From Candidatus Limosilactobacillus excrementigallinarum (GTDB lineage Bacteria; Bacillota; Bacilli; Lactobacillales; Lactobacillaceae), in NCBI GenBank assembly GCA_019117445.1, contig DWZS01000035.1:3188-67187 (forward strand): a stretch of 64,000 nt of DNA. The letters run 5' to 3'. Below the pieces are notes generated by a model, which saw only the letters and a list, made by a program, of their open reading frames with translations, ran no database searches and was not told the DNA's origin. This document shows, piece by piece, positions 50,769 through 59,498 of the stretch (its first letter is position 1; every line of letters begins with the position of its first letter). Position numbers and translations under genes: made by a program.

Positions 50769-52053
50769 TGAAATTAATGGTAGTGTTAAAGTACCGACAG
50801 TCTATGAATCTGCCTTCTGGCAAAAATTTCTCGCTTACTGTGGCCCCGGTGCTCTAGTAGCAGTTGGTTATATGGATCCTGGTAATTGGCTAACTTCTTT
50901 AGCGGGCGGTGCTCAATATCGTTACTCACTATTAAGTGTTCTAATCTTCTCCATCTTGGTCGCAATGATAATGCAATCTCTATCCATTAAGTTAGGGGTG
51001 GTTACTCGAACAGATCTTGCGCAAGCCATTGCTGCTCGGGTTTCAAAACCTGTTCGCATTGTTTTATGGCTCTTAAACGAACTGGCCATGATGGCCACCG
51101 ATCTAACTGGGGTCATCGGCACCTCCGTGGCTCTTTATTTATTATTTCATCTTCCCCTTATTGTTGGCGTATTACTAACGGTCGCGGACGTCATCGTCGT
51201 TTTACTCTTCTTGCAATTTGGTATTCGCAGAATTGAATTCATTGTGTTAGCAACAATCCTAACTGTTGCAGGAATCTTTACTATTGAAGTCGTCCGTGCT
51301 CATCCAGAATGGTCGCCGATTTTAAATGGTTGTATCCCCGCCACTAATATTATTAACAATCACGCTCAGTTGTTACTAAGTTTGGGAATCATTGGTGCCA
51401 CAATCATGCCACATAATATCTATCTTCACTCCGCGCTTGCCCAAAGCCGCCGTTATGATGAACATGATCCCCGCCAAGTTCACGAAACTTTGCAATTTGC
51501 CAATTGGGACTCCATTATTCACTTAGTAGCCGCTCTGCTCGTCAATGCCCTGTTAATGATTATGGGTGGAACCTTATTTTTCCATCATGGAACCCTCAAT
51601 AGTTTGGCAGACATCTTTTATGGATTAAATAATTCCAAGATTGTTGGCTCATTAGCTAGTCCCGTCATGAGCGGTCTTTTTGGTTTTGCCCTCTTGATTA
51701 CTGGATTAATTTCTTCAATTACCAGTACCTTGGCGGGGCAAATCGTCATGGAAGGTTATATTAACCTTCATTTACCCCTTTGGAAGCGACGCTTGCTGAC
51801 TCGTTTAGTGACCCTGATTCCAGTGATTATCATTGGCTGTTGTATTCACTTTAATGAACAGGAATTTGAACAGTTAATTATTTTCGCCCAAATTATTTTA
51901 AGTGTTGCCTTACCTTTTACCCTTTTTCCCCTCATTATCATTACAAGTAACCACCAGATCATGGGGCAATATGCCAATCATCATTGGCAAATGATTAGTT
52001 ACTTAATCATCGTCATTGCGTTAACCTTTCTCAACTTGGTCGCGTTTTTATAG
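50749..52053 (+). CDS. mntH: Nramp-family divalent metal (Mn2+/Fe2+):H+ symporter
   Basis: 434 aa: GPGALVAVGYMDPGNW, MPHNIYLHSAL. AAGGAGG lies 6 nt upstream. The gene overlaps hemH by 20 nt. Confidence 0.92.
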   Translation: MNKKSLDEINGSVKVPTVYESAFWQKFLAYCGPGALVAVGYMDPGNWLTSLAGGAQYRYSLLSVLIFSILVAMIMQSLSIKLGVVTRTDLAQAIAARVSKPVRIVLWLLNELAMMATDLTGVIGTSVALYLLFHLPLIVGVLLTVADVIVVLLFLQFGIRRIEFIVLATILTVAGIFTIEVVRAHPEWSPILNGCIPATNIINNHAQLLLSLGIIGATIMPHNIYLHSALAQSRRYDEHDPRQVHETLQFANWDSIIHLVAALLVNALLMIMGGTLFFHHGTLNSLADIFYGLNNSKIVGSLASPVMSGLFGFALLITGLISSITSTLAGQIVMEGYINLHLPLWKRRLLTRLVTLIPVIIIGCCIHFNEQEFEQLIIFAQIILSVALPFTLFPLIIITSNHQIMGQYANHHWQMISYLIIVIALTFLNLVAFL

Positions 52054-52056
52054 TAT

Positions 52057-52100
52057 AAAAAAAGCATCAGAACTGTTAATTAACAATTCTGATGCTTTTA
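52057..52100. terminator. Bidirectional terminator (mntH / rplA)
   Basis: AAAAAAAGCATCAGAA-loop-TTCTGATGCTTTTAT. Confidence 0.85.
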
Positions 52101-52117
52101 TAATTTAGCCCACTGAA

Positions 52118-52810
52118 CTAGAAAGTTGTCAAATCAAGCGTAACGCTTGGTCCGAAAGTTGAAGCAATGGAAACGTGTTGAACGTAAGTCCCACGAACAG
52201 AAGCTGGACGTGCCTTCACAACAACATCTTCAATCGTCTTCAAGTTTTCTACTAACTTATCAGTATCAAATGATGCCTTACCAAATGGTACGGCAACGTT
52301 ACCGTCACGGTCAGTCCGGTAAGTAACCTTACCAGCCTTTGATTCTTCAACGGCCTTTGCAACATCCATCGTTACAGTACCAGTCTTAGGGTTTGGCATT
52401 AAGCCCTTTGGCCCTAAGACCCGACCTAGACGACCAACTTGTGGCATCATGTCTGGAGTTGCGATTGCAACGTCAAAGTCTAACCAACCGTCTTGGATCT
52501 TTTCTACTAAGTCTTGGTCACCAACAAAATCAGCACCAGCATCCTTAGCAGCTTGCGCGTTGTCACCCTTAGCAAAGACAATTACAGTTTGGTCTTTACC
52601 AGTACCGTTTGGTAAAACAACGGCACCACGTAATTGTTGGTCTGCTTGCTTAGTGTCAACGTTTAACTTAAATGCAACTTCAACAGTTGAATCAAAGTTT
52701 GCAAAATCAATATCTTTTACTAATTGAACCGCGTCGTTAACAGCGTATTCTTTCTTGCTGTCAACCTTCTTCAGCGCTTCAAGGTATTTCTTACCATGTT
52801 TTTTAGCCAT
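52118..52810 (-). CDS. rplA: 50S ribosomal protein L1
   Basis: Start refined to [12 protein letters not shown] (ATG at 52810, AAGGAGG upstream). Confidence 0.96.
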   Translation of the reverse strand: MAKKHGKKYLEALKKVDSKKEYAVNDAVQLVKDIDFANFDSTVEVAFKLNVDTKQADQQLRGAVVLPNGTGKDQTVIVFAKGDNAQAAKDAGADFVGDQDLVEKIQDGWLDFDVAIATPDMMPQVGRLGRVLGPKGLMPNPKTGTVTMDVAKAVEESKAGKVTYRTDRDGNVAVPFGKASFDTDKLVENLKTIEDVVVKARPASVRGTYVQHVSIASTFGPSVTLDLTTF

Positions 52811-52902
52811 CTTGTGTTTTCCTCCTTGCAAATGTGGTCTAACGGGTTGACCTCCCACGTAGGAACTTTTATTTTGATAAAAGTCCCGGCGCTGTACGTC
52901 GC

Positions 52903-53328
52903 TTAGTCTTCAACAGTGAAGCCCATGCTCCGTGCAGTACCTTCGATCATGCGCATAGCTGCTTCAACGTCAGCAGCGTTTAGATCTTGCATCTTAGTTT
53001 CGGCAATTTCCTTAACTTGATCCTTGGTTACCTTAGCAACCTTCTTCGTGTTAGGTTCACCGGAACCATGTTCAACACCAGCGGCTTTCTTAAGTAATAC
53101 GGCAGCAGGTGGGGTCTTGGTAATGAAGTCGAATGAACGATCTTCGTAAACGGTAATTACAACTGGGATCAGCATACCCTTTTGGTCTGCAGTCCGTGCG
53201 TTGAATTCCTTAGTGAATCCCATAATGTTGATACCTGCTTGTCCAAGTGCAGGACCTACTGGTGGAGCTGGTGTTGCTGCACCGGCAGGAATTTGCAACT
53301 TAACAATGTTAGCTACTTTTTTTGCCAC
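52903..53328 (-). CDS. rplK: 50S ribosomal protein L11
   Basis: 141 aa, GTG start. Sequence (M)[29 protein letters not shown]. Confidence 0.96.
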   Translation of the reverse strand: MAKKVANIVKLQIPAGAATPAPPVGPALGQAGINIMGFTKEFNARTADQKGMLIPVVITVYEDRSFDFITKTPPAAVLLKKAAGVEHGSGEPNTKKVAKVTKDQVKEIAETKMQDLNAADVEAAMRMIEGTARSMGFTVED

Positions 53329-53454
53329 GAGACAAAACCTCCTTAGTCCGTGTTGTGGTAATGATGAGGCAGTAAGTTTTTACCTCTCCCACAGTATGCA
53401 TACTGCATACCAAAATAAATTACCACAAAATTACATAAAATTCAAGTTATAGAA

Positions 53455-54003
53455 TTAATTATCCATCGTATCAATTTGGTCAAAACCAACTTCGGCACTA
53501 GTTTGCCGACCGAACATTTCAATATCCACGTTGACCTTCATCTTGTCATGATCAACCGCCGTTACTTTTCCGGTCAAATCAGCAAATGGCCCAGCAATAA
53601 TCTTGATGCTGTCGCCAACATTAACGTCAATGTCCGTTCGTGCGACATCCGCTCCCATTCGCTTCATGATCCGATCCACTTCTTCTGGAAGCAATGGGGT
53701 TGGCTTGGAACCACCACCATGGGAACCTAAGAATCCGGTAACGCCAGGTGTATTCCGTGCAATGTACCAAGCTTGATCAGTCATCACCATTTCAACTAGA
53801 ACATAACCTGGAAACGTCTTTTCTTCCGTTTCCTTCGCTTGGCCATCCTTAACTGTCCGCACCGTTTCTTCAGGAACCACTACCCGGAAAATGTAGTCTT
53901 CCATGCCCATTGATTGAGCCCGGGACTCCAGGTTGCTCTTAACCCGATTTTCGTATCCAGAATAGGTGTGCAGTACATACCAGCGTTTTTCATGTGATTC
54001 CAT
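53455..54003 (-). CDS. nusG: Transcription termination/antitermination protein NusG
   Basis: 182 aa: KRWYVLHTYSGYENRV, KOW domain. Confidence 0.96.
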   Translation of the reverse strand: MESHEKRWYVLHTYSGYENRVKSNLESRAQSMGMEDYIFRVVVPEETVRTVKDGQAKETEEKTFPGYVLVEMVMTDQAWYIARNTPGVTGFLGSHGGGSKPTPLLPEEVDRIMKRMGADVARTDIDVNVGDSIKIIAGPFADLTGKVTAVDHDKMKVNVDIEMFGRQTSAEVGFDQIDTMDN

Positions 54004-54109
54004 GATGATTCTCCTTTAATAATTTTGTCAAAATAAAAAAACCTCGCTCCTCACGAAGTTTTGCTTCTTTTGAATTATAGCAAAAAATACTCGCTTTGAC
54101 TAGCCATCA

Positions 54110-54289
54110 CTATTTGACAAAGGCCAGCATCCCCGCTTGAATGATCCAGTCTGCCAACGCGAAAAAAATCACAAAGAAAATCGTTAGCGAAATTACCACT
54201 CCTGTGTCGCGCCGATTTTCCTTCCAAGTGGGCCAGACCACCTTATGCATTTCTTGAACAACACTCTTTAAAAATCTAAATAAATGCAT
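54110..54289 (-). CDS. secE: Preprotein translocase subunit SecE
   Basis: A 59-aa ORF absent from the track: MHLFRFLKSVVQEMHKVVWPTWKENRRDTGVVISLTIFFVIFFALADWIIQAGMLAFVK. RBS is GGAGGAAAAC. It lies between rpmG and nusG. Confidence 0.88.
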   Translation of the reverse strand: MHLFRFLKSVVQEMHKVVWPTWKENRRDTGVVISLTIFFVIFFALADWIIQAGMLAFVK

Positions 54290-54301
54290 TGTTTTCCTCC
54301 A

Positions 54302-54451
54302 CTACCTAGTTTCACGATGAACGGTATATTCACCACAATGTTTACAAAACTTTTTTAACTCTAACCGTTGTTCACGGGTTGGTTTAACCGTAACGGTGTA
54401 GTTGCGAGCACCACACTTTGTGCACTCCAAGCCAACTTTTCTTTGCGCCAT
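54302..54451 (-). CDS. rpmG: 50S ribosomal protein L33
   Basis: A 49-aa ORF absent from the track: [52 protein letters not shown] is GGAGGTGA. Confidence 0.9.
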   Translation of the reverse strand: MAQRKVGLECTKCGARNYTVTVKPTREQRLELKKFCKHCGEYTVHRETR

Positions 54452-54490
54452 TACAGTCACCTCCATCTATCTAAGGCTATCATTTTCCGA

Positions 54491-54530
54491 AAATAAAAAC
54501 AACTCCTATCTAGTTCTTAGACAGGAGTTG
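54491..54530 (-). terminator. Terminator after the sigH-like gene
   Basis: Minus strand reads CAACTCCT-N15-AGGAGTTG followed by TTTTTATTTT. Confidence 0.75.
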
Positions 54531-54550
54531 CTCCAAACAAGCGTTGTGAA

Positions 54551-55123
54551 CTAATTAAGGATTCGCTGCTTAAACTTCTTCCGTGCTCGTTCAAAGGCAC
54601 TACGAATTGTTAATGGCGAACAACATAATTGACGAGCCACATTTTCCAAGCGTTCACCAGAATTAATCCCCAAAAAGGCATTCTTTTCTAAATGGGAACA
54701 CTCTTGCAAAAACTGCTGGTACAGCAGTCGAAAATGGCTAACCTCATCTGGTTGAAAGTCAATGTCTACCAAGCGCTGGTCAATCTGAACTTCTGTAATC
54801 ATTTCAACCTGATTCGTTGGGATCCGCTTTTGTGCAGCTTGCTGTCGATAAAGATCCCGAATCTTATTCATCAGCGCTTGACGCAGGTACCAGCAAAACC
54901 GGGACTCATGGCAAGAGTAGGAACAAGCCGTTCGATATAATACAACTGCTGCCTCTTGTTTCCAATCATCCAATGGTACTTCATCTAAACGAAACTGATA
55001 CCATAATTTACAAATTAATGGTAAGTATTGCCGATACAAGATTACAAAACTCGCCGAATCTTTTCCTGCAACTTGCTTAATTAGTTCACTCTCTGGGGTT
55101 GTTTGAATCAATCTTGGACTCAT
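54551..55123 (-). CDS. sigH: Sigma-70-family alternative sigma factor, SigH/ComX-like by position
   Basis: About 190 aa with regions 2 and 4, in the rlmB-[yacP]-sigH-rpmG-secE-nusG position of Bacillus sigH. The likely start is the ATG at 55123 (GAGG 9 nt upstream). The track start is 55138. Confidence 0.7.
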   Translation of the reverse strand: MSPRLIQTTPESELIKQVAGKDSASFVILYRQYLPLICKLWYQFRLDEVPLDDWKQEAAVVLYRTACSYSCHESRFCWYLRQALMNKIRDLYRQQAAQKRIPTNQVEMITEVQIDQRLVDIDFQPDEVSHFRLLYQQFLQECSHLEKNAFLGINSGERLENVARQLCCSPLTIRSAFERARKKFKQRILN

Positions 55124-55374
55124 TAGACGCAACCTCATTTTCCACTAACCCCTAACGGACCCACTTGAAAATTAGCTAGCTAATCATCTCACCGTCACAG
55201 CGTCTTGACCGGGGGTATAGAACCAGCTCTCACCTTAGTTCCACGACGGCTTTTCTCCTGCGCTTTATCCCGCTGTCGCAAAATTTGACCGTCACTCGTT
55301 AGTTGTCTCAAATAATTTACCAAACTTCTTTAAAAGAGACAATACACAAAATTTGTCTCTGATCTTTGGATAAG

Positions 55375-55417
55375 AAAAAACAATCCTTAGAACTAGTCAT
55401 TCCTTAGATTGTTTTTT
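55375..55417. terminator. rlmB terminator (bidirectional hairpin)
   Basis: AAAAAACAATC-N21-GATTGTTTTTT. Confidence 0.7.
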
Positions 55418-55421
55418 CAAA

Positions 55422-56171
55422 TTATTTTAATGGATGCCGAGAACTGAACCCTTGATAAATTAATAAGCTGGCCGCCACACTGGCGTTCAAGCTTTGCACT
55501 TGGCCAACCATGGGAATCGTCAACATTTCATCACAGGTCTTCTTTAATAATGGAGAAATTCCCTTCCCTTCATTACCAATCACGACTGCGACTGCTCCTT
55601 GAGCATCCCACCGGCGATAGTCAGTCCCTTGCATATCTGTACCAAACAACCAAACGCCCCGCGCTTTAAGTTCCTTCGCGGTTTGCACAAGGTTGGTAAC
55701 CCGTGCTACTGGAACTCGTTCAATAGCACCAGCAGAAGTCTTCGCCACTACGGAAGTTAAACCTACGGCTCGGCGCTTAGGGATGATAATACCATGCACT
55801 CCAGCTGCATCCGCAGTCCGCATAATTGATCCCAAATTATGCGGATCCGCTAACTCGTCCAAAATCAGCAGGAACGGTTCTTCATCATGCGCCTGCGCGT
55901 TGGCAAATAAATCATCAATCGTTGCGTAATGATAAGCCGCCACCGCTAAAGCTACCCCTTGGTGGTTTTGGTGATCAACCATTTGATCGAGTTTGGTTTT
56001 GGGAACGTTTGAAATAACGAGGTGCCGCTCTTTGGCAAGCTTGATAATCTGGGCAATTGCGTCAGTGCGTAACCCCTTTTGAATAAAGACCTTATTGATC
56101 TCCTGATCCGATTTTAATGCCGCAACAGCCGGGTGACGGCCGATCACAAACTCTGGTGTCTCATTGTTCAT
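55422..56171 (-). CDS. rlmB: 23S rRNA (guanosine2251-2'-O)-methyltransferase (SpoU/TrmH family)
   Basis: 249 aa with SpoU motifs ([30 protein letters not shown]). Confidence 0.9.
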   Translation of the reverse strand: MNNETPEFVIGRHPAVAALKSDQEINKVFIQKGLRTDAIAQIIKLAKERHLVISNVPKTKLDQMVDHQNHQGVALAVAAYHYATIDDLFANAQAHDEEPFLLILDELADPHNLGSIMRTADAAGVHGIIIPKRRAVGLTSVVAKTSAGAIERVPVARVTNLVQTAKELKARGVWLFGTDMQGTDYRRWDAQGAVAVVIGNEGKGISPLLKKTCDEMLTIPMVGQVQSLNASVAASLLIYQGFSSRHPLK

Positions 56172-56574
56172 ATTGCACCCTCCCTAAATCAACCTGTTTG
56201 ATACACCATCGACATAATTCCGCAAGCCGCTCTGTTTGACCAGATAATTGCAAGTAGCCCATTAGTGCTTCGAATCCCGTTGAAATACGGTAAGTCAGCA
56301 CAGACGTGTGCTTGGCATGCGTATAACTATTTGCATTCCGACCGCGTTTAAAAAATTCCCATTCTTCATCAGTTAACAGAGATTGTTCTTCCATTAACTT
56401 AATCAAACCAGCTTGGGCTTTGGCAGAAACGTATGCGGTGGCTTTCTTTTGCAGACGATTTGGCTTCGTCATACCAAGATTTAAAAGGTGCTCCCGTACG
56501 GTCACTTCATATACGGCATCACCAAGATAGGCTAATGCAATTCCATTCAATTGTCGATAATCCGCTTTTGCCAT
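56161..56574 (-). CDS. mrnC: Mini-ribonuclease 3
   Basis: Start refined to [23 protein letters not shown] (ATG at 56574). It lies immediately after the cysS stop. Confidence 0.9.
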   Translation of the reverse strand: MAKADYRQLNGIALAYLGDAVYEVTVREHLLNLGMTKPNRLQKKATAYVSAKAQAGLIKLMEEQSLLTDEEWEFFKRGRNANSYTHAKHTSVLTYRISTGFEALMGYLQLSGQTERLAELCRWCIKQVDLGRVQYEQ

Positions 56575-56575
56575 G

Positions 56576-57985
56576 CTATTCCTTTCTATACCGTGTTCCC
56601 TGCGGCGTGTCTTCAATAATAATTCCTTGGGCCTTTAAATCATCACGAATTTGATCACTTAAAGCAAAATTCTTTTGCCGCCGCGCTTCATCTCGCTTCG
56701 CGATGAGTTGCTTAATTATTTCATCATCGATCTGACCAGTAGCCTTTAGCTTAACCCCAAAAATCAGTAACAGTTCCTTCAATAACTTTTGAATGTTCTC
56801 AATAGCATCCTTAGCAACCGTCTTTTTTTCAGTATAGCGATTAGCAAACTTAACTAATTCATAAACCACAGCAATCCCATTTTGAACGTTAATATCATCA
56901 TCCATGGCTTCAATAAATGATGACCGGAAAGTAGCTAATTGATTAGCAACCGTGGTATCGCCACCATCAGTCGCATCATTTTTCCGGTATTCCAAATTAT
57001 TAAATGCTGTTTGGATGTGGGCTAAATTATTTTGAGCGTCCACTAAATTATCCTCGCTGTACTGGATTGGCCGCCGGTACTGGGTCGTTGCCATAAAGAA
57101 GCGCAACACTTGTGGATCGACGTGTTTAATAATGTCGTGAACAGTAATGAAGTTATGCAAGGACTTACTCATCTTTTCATTGTCCTTACCAATCGTTACA
57201 AATCCATTATGCATCCAATAGTTTACAAATTTTTTGCCCGTCGCCGCTTCTGATTGTGCAATTTCATTTTCATGGTGCGGAAATTCCAGATCCTGACCAC
57301 CAGCATGAATATCAATTGTATCGGCTAAATACTTCGTGGACATCACTGAACATTCAATATGCCAACCTGGCCGACCGGCGCCCCATGGTGAATTCCAACT
57401 AATTTCGCCTGGCTTAGCTGCCTTCCACAAAGCAAAATCCATTGGATCAGCCTTTTTATTCACTTCATCAGCACTAACGTGTTCACTCGCCCCAACTTCC
57501 AAATCATCAATTGATTGACCTGACAATTGACCATAATGTTTGAATTTACGGGCCCGATAATAAACGTCCCCATCAACAGCGTAGGCATAGCCACGCTGGA
57601 TTAAACGTTGAATAAATTCAATGATTTCTGGAATGTTGTCCGTTGCGCGCGGATGCATCGTGGCGGGTTCGATATTGACCGCCGCCGTATCTTCTAAAAA
57701 GGCTCGGATATACTTATCGGCTAATTCTGGGACAGTAATTCCCTGATCATGAGCCGCCTTAATCATCTTGTCATCAACATCAGTAAAATTAGAGACGTAG
57801 TTAACGTGATAGCCAATGAACTCTAAGTACCGACGCACCGTATCAAAAGCAATCGCACTCCGCGCATTGCCAATGTGAATGTAGTTGTATACCGTTGGCC
57901 CACAGACATACATATTAACCACACCGGGATGAACTGGATGAAATTCTTCTTTTGTTCTGGTTAAAGTATTATATATTTTTAGCAT
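56576..57985 (-). CDS. cysS: Cysteine--tRNA ligase
   Basis: Start refined to [15 protein letters not shown] (ATG at 57985, AAAGGAG upstream). HIGN and KMSKS motifs are present. Confidence 0.96.
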   Translation of the reverse strand: MLKIYNTLTRTKEEFHPVHPGVVNMYVCGPTVYNYIHIGNARSAIAFDTVRRYLEFIGYHVNYVSNFTDVDDKMIKAAHDQGITVPELADKYIRAFLEDTAAVNIEPATMHPRATDNIPEIIEFIQRLIQRGYAYAVDGDVYYRARKFKHYGQLSGQSIDDLEVGASEHVSADEVNKKADPMDFALWKAAKPGEISWNSPWGAGRPGWHIECSVMSTKYLADTIDIHAGGQDLEFPHHENEIAQSEAATGKKFVNYWMHNGFVTIGKDNEKMSKSLHNFITVHDIIKHVDPQVLRFFMATTQYRRPIQYSEDNLVDAQNNLAHIQTAFNNLEYRKNDATDGGDTTVANQLATFRSSFIEAMDDDINVQNGIAVVYELVKFANRYTEKKTVAKDAIENIQKLLKELLLIFGVKLKATGQIDDEIIKQLIAKRDEARRQKNFALSDQIRDDLKAQGIIIEDTPQGTRYRKE

Positions 57986-58135
57986 CTGTAAAACTCCTTT
58001 GTGGGCCAATTTTGATAGTTTAATAGTACCACACTCACCGCGCGACCACACTTCTCTCCGCTAATTTTTTGAAAGCAAAGAATTATTTACCTTTTGGTCA
58101 CACTTTCTTCACAATCTATTGCTAGTATATAAACC

Positions 58136-58287
58136 GTAGTAGAAAACAACTACTACAAATTAACCGAAACCGATTATTTTTCAATTACTCCTCCCAATAG
58201 TAACCGAAAAATACTCCTTTACGAAATCTTCCCCAAAGATATTCGTAAACCAAGTCGTGGTTCTCCCAAGCCACGGCTTTTCTTTTT
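58136..58287 (+). ncRNA. Candidate small RNA with C-rich loops and an intrinsic terminator (hypothetical)
   Basis: Extended -10 TGcTAGTAT (58120-58128). Hairpin GTAGTAG-N7-CTACTAC (58136-56). Hairpin 58222-58245 has loop CCCCA. The terminator AAGTCGTGG-TTCTCCCAAG-CCACGGCTT + TTTCTTTTT (58252-58287) has a U.G pair on the plus strand that would be A.C on the minus strand. Confidence 0.35.
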
Positions 58288-58299
58288 GCTAACAAAAAA

Positions 58300-58349
58300 A
58301 CAAAAACGAGCAGATCAGTGTTTACACTCCACAGCTGATCTGCTCGTTT
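58300..58349 (-). terminator. yacL terminator
   Basis: Minus strand reads AACGAGCAGATCAG-N16-CTGATCTGCTCGTT followed by TTTGTTTTTTTG. Confidence 0.85.
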
Positions 58350-59480
58350 TTATTTATCATCATGTGAATCTTCTTGATCGTTACTAATCCCCTTGGCTGA
58401 ATGCAATGGTCGGGCAAAAATCATCCGTCCGGCATCCGTTTGAAGCGCACTAGTGACTTCAACTTCAACATTCTCATTCATGTAGTAACGACCATCTTCA
58501 ACCACGACCATCGTTCCATCATCAAGGTAGGCCACCCCTTGCTGACGCTCCGTTCCTTTTTTAACAACGGTTACGTGCAGGTGTTCACCTGGAATTACGC
58601 GTGGACGCAAGGACTTCGCAAGGTTATTAATGTTTAAAACCTGAACATTTTGGAACTGAATGACCTTATTTAAATTCCAGTCATTGGTTACGATTACCCC
58701 ATCAACTTTTTTAGCGAGGGCGATTAATTTACTATCGACCTCTGGGATATCTTCAAAATCACCATCATACATTTCGATGGGCACAATTTTTTCCTGACGG
58801 AGTTTATTTAAAATATCCAAGCCGCGCCGGCCGCGAACCCGTTTAATACTTTCGCCAGAATCAGCAATGTATTGTAGTTCATACAACACAAAGTTCGGCA
58901 CTAACAAGGTTCCTTCCAAAAACCCCGTCTTTACCAAGTCATAAATCCGCCCATCAATTAAGATATTCGTATCCAAGATCTTGTAGTGGTGATAATTAGC
59001 ATCTTGTTGCTTGATGACCTCGCCACTTTGACTGTTATCCTTGGTACCGCGTTTAATTGTCAGAAAAGTCCGCCAGTCATCCAACCGGGTCGTCCCCATC
59101 CGAAAACCAAAATAACTAAATATCAACATCAATAAGATTGGCACAATGTTGTTAACAACCGGAATATGGGTCCGCCATAGTGGAATAGAAATTAAAATTG
59201 CTAAAATCAGGCCAATAATAGTTAATAATGCCCCAAAAAATAAATACAACGGACTCTTTTGCGTTAAGTAGTCTTCCGTTTGCTGCACCAACTTTAAGAT
59301 CCAACCAATCGAAATTAGTGAAATTAACCAGAAAATCACCCCACCAATAAAGAGGTCAGCAATAATCATTAATACCGAGTTGTACTGAACACCAATTGCT
59401 GGCCATAAAGGTGGTAAATAGTAGTAACCAATTGCGGCTCCTAAAATCGTAAAAACTAGTCGAACAATTCCCTTTCTCAT
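58350..59480 (-). CDS. yacL: PIN/TRAM-domain membrane-anchored protein YacL
   Basis: About 376 aa with N-terminal TM helices, a PIN domain and a C-terminal TRAM domain. Start is the ATG at 59480, after AAGGAGG. Confidence 0.8.
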   Translation of the reverse strand: MRKGIVRLVFTILGAAIGYYYLPPLWPAIGVQYNSVLMIIADLFIGGVIFWLISLISIGWILKLVQQTEDYLTQKSPLYLFFGALLTIIGLILAILISIPLWRTHIPVVNNIVPILLMLIFSYFGFRMGTTRLDDWRTFLTIKRGTKDNSQSGEVIKQQDANYHHYKILDTNILIDGRIYDLVKTGFLEGTLLVPNFVLYELQYIADSGESIKRVRGRRGLDILNKLRQEKIVPIEMYDGDFEDIPEVDSKLIALAKKVDGVIVTNDWNLNKVIQFQNVQVLNINNLAKSLRPRVIPGEHLHVTVVKKGTERQQGVAYLDDGTMVVVEDGRYYMNENVEVEVTSALQTDAGRMIFARPLHSAKGISNDQEDSHDDK

Positions 59481-59498
59481 TACGCTTCCTCCTTTCAA

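Noticed and set aside
48086-52066. Similar A-rich strings (ATAAAAAAATGC at about 48087 and ATAAAAAAAGCA at about 52054) as possible direct repeats flanking the steT-hemH-mntH block.
   Set aside because: These are low-complexity A-runs that belong to a promoter UP-like region and a terminator tail respectively. They are not convincing target-site duplications.
57990-58310. Possible Cys T-box riboswitch upstream of cysS. The minus strand has AAGTGTGGTCGCGCGG, which resembles the T-box core GGGTGGTACCGCG, plus AGAGA and CGGTTA motifs.
   Set aside because: The T-box-like motif lies only about 60 nt from the start codon. No terminator or anti-SD helix can use it as an alternative partner. I could not find a Stem I, specifier loop or distal-loop signature. 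GTGTGG recurs three times, which looks like a simple repeat. A covariance-model scan is needed for a final decision. A TTG-initiated mini-ORF with two Cys codons (58122-58184, minus strand) was also noted, but it lacks supporting alternative structures.
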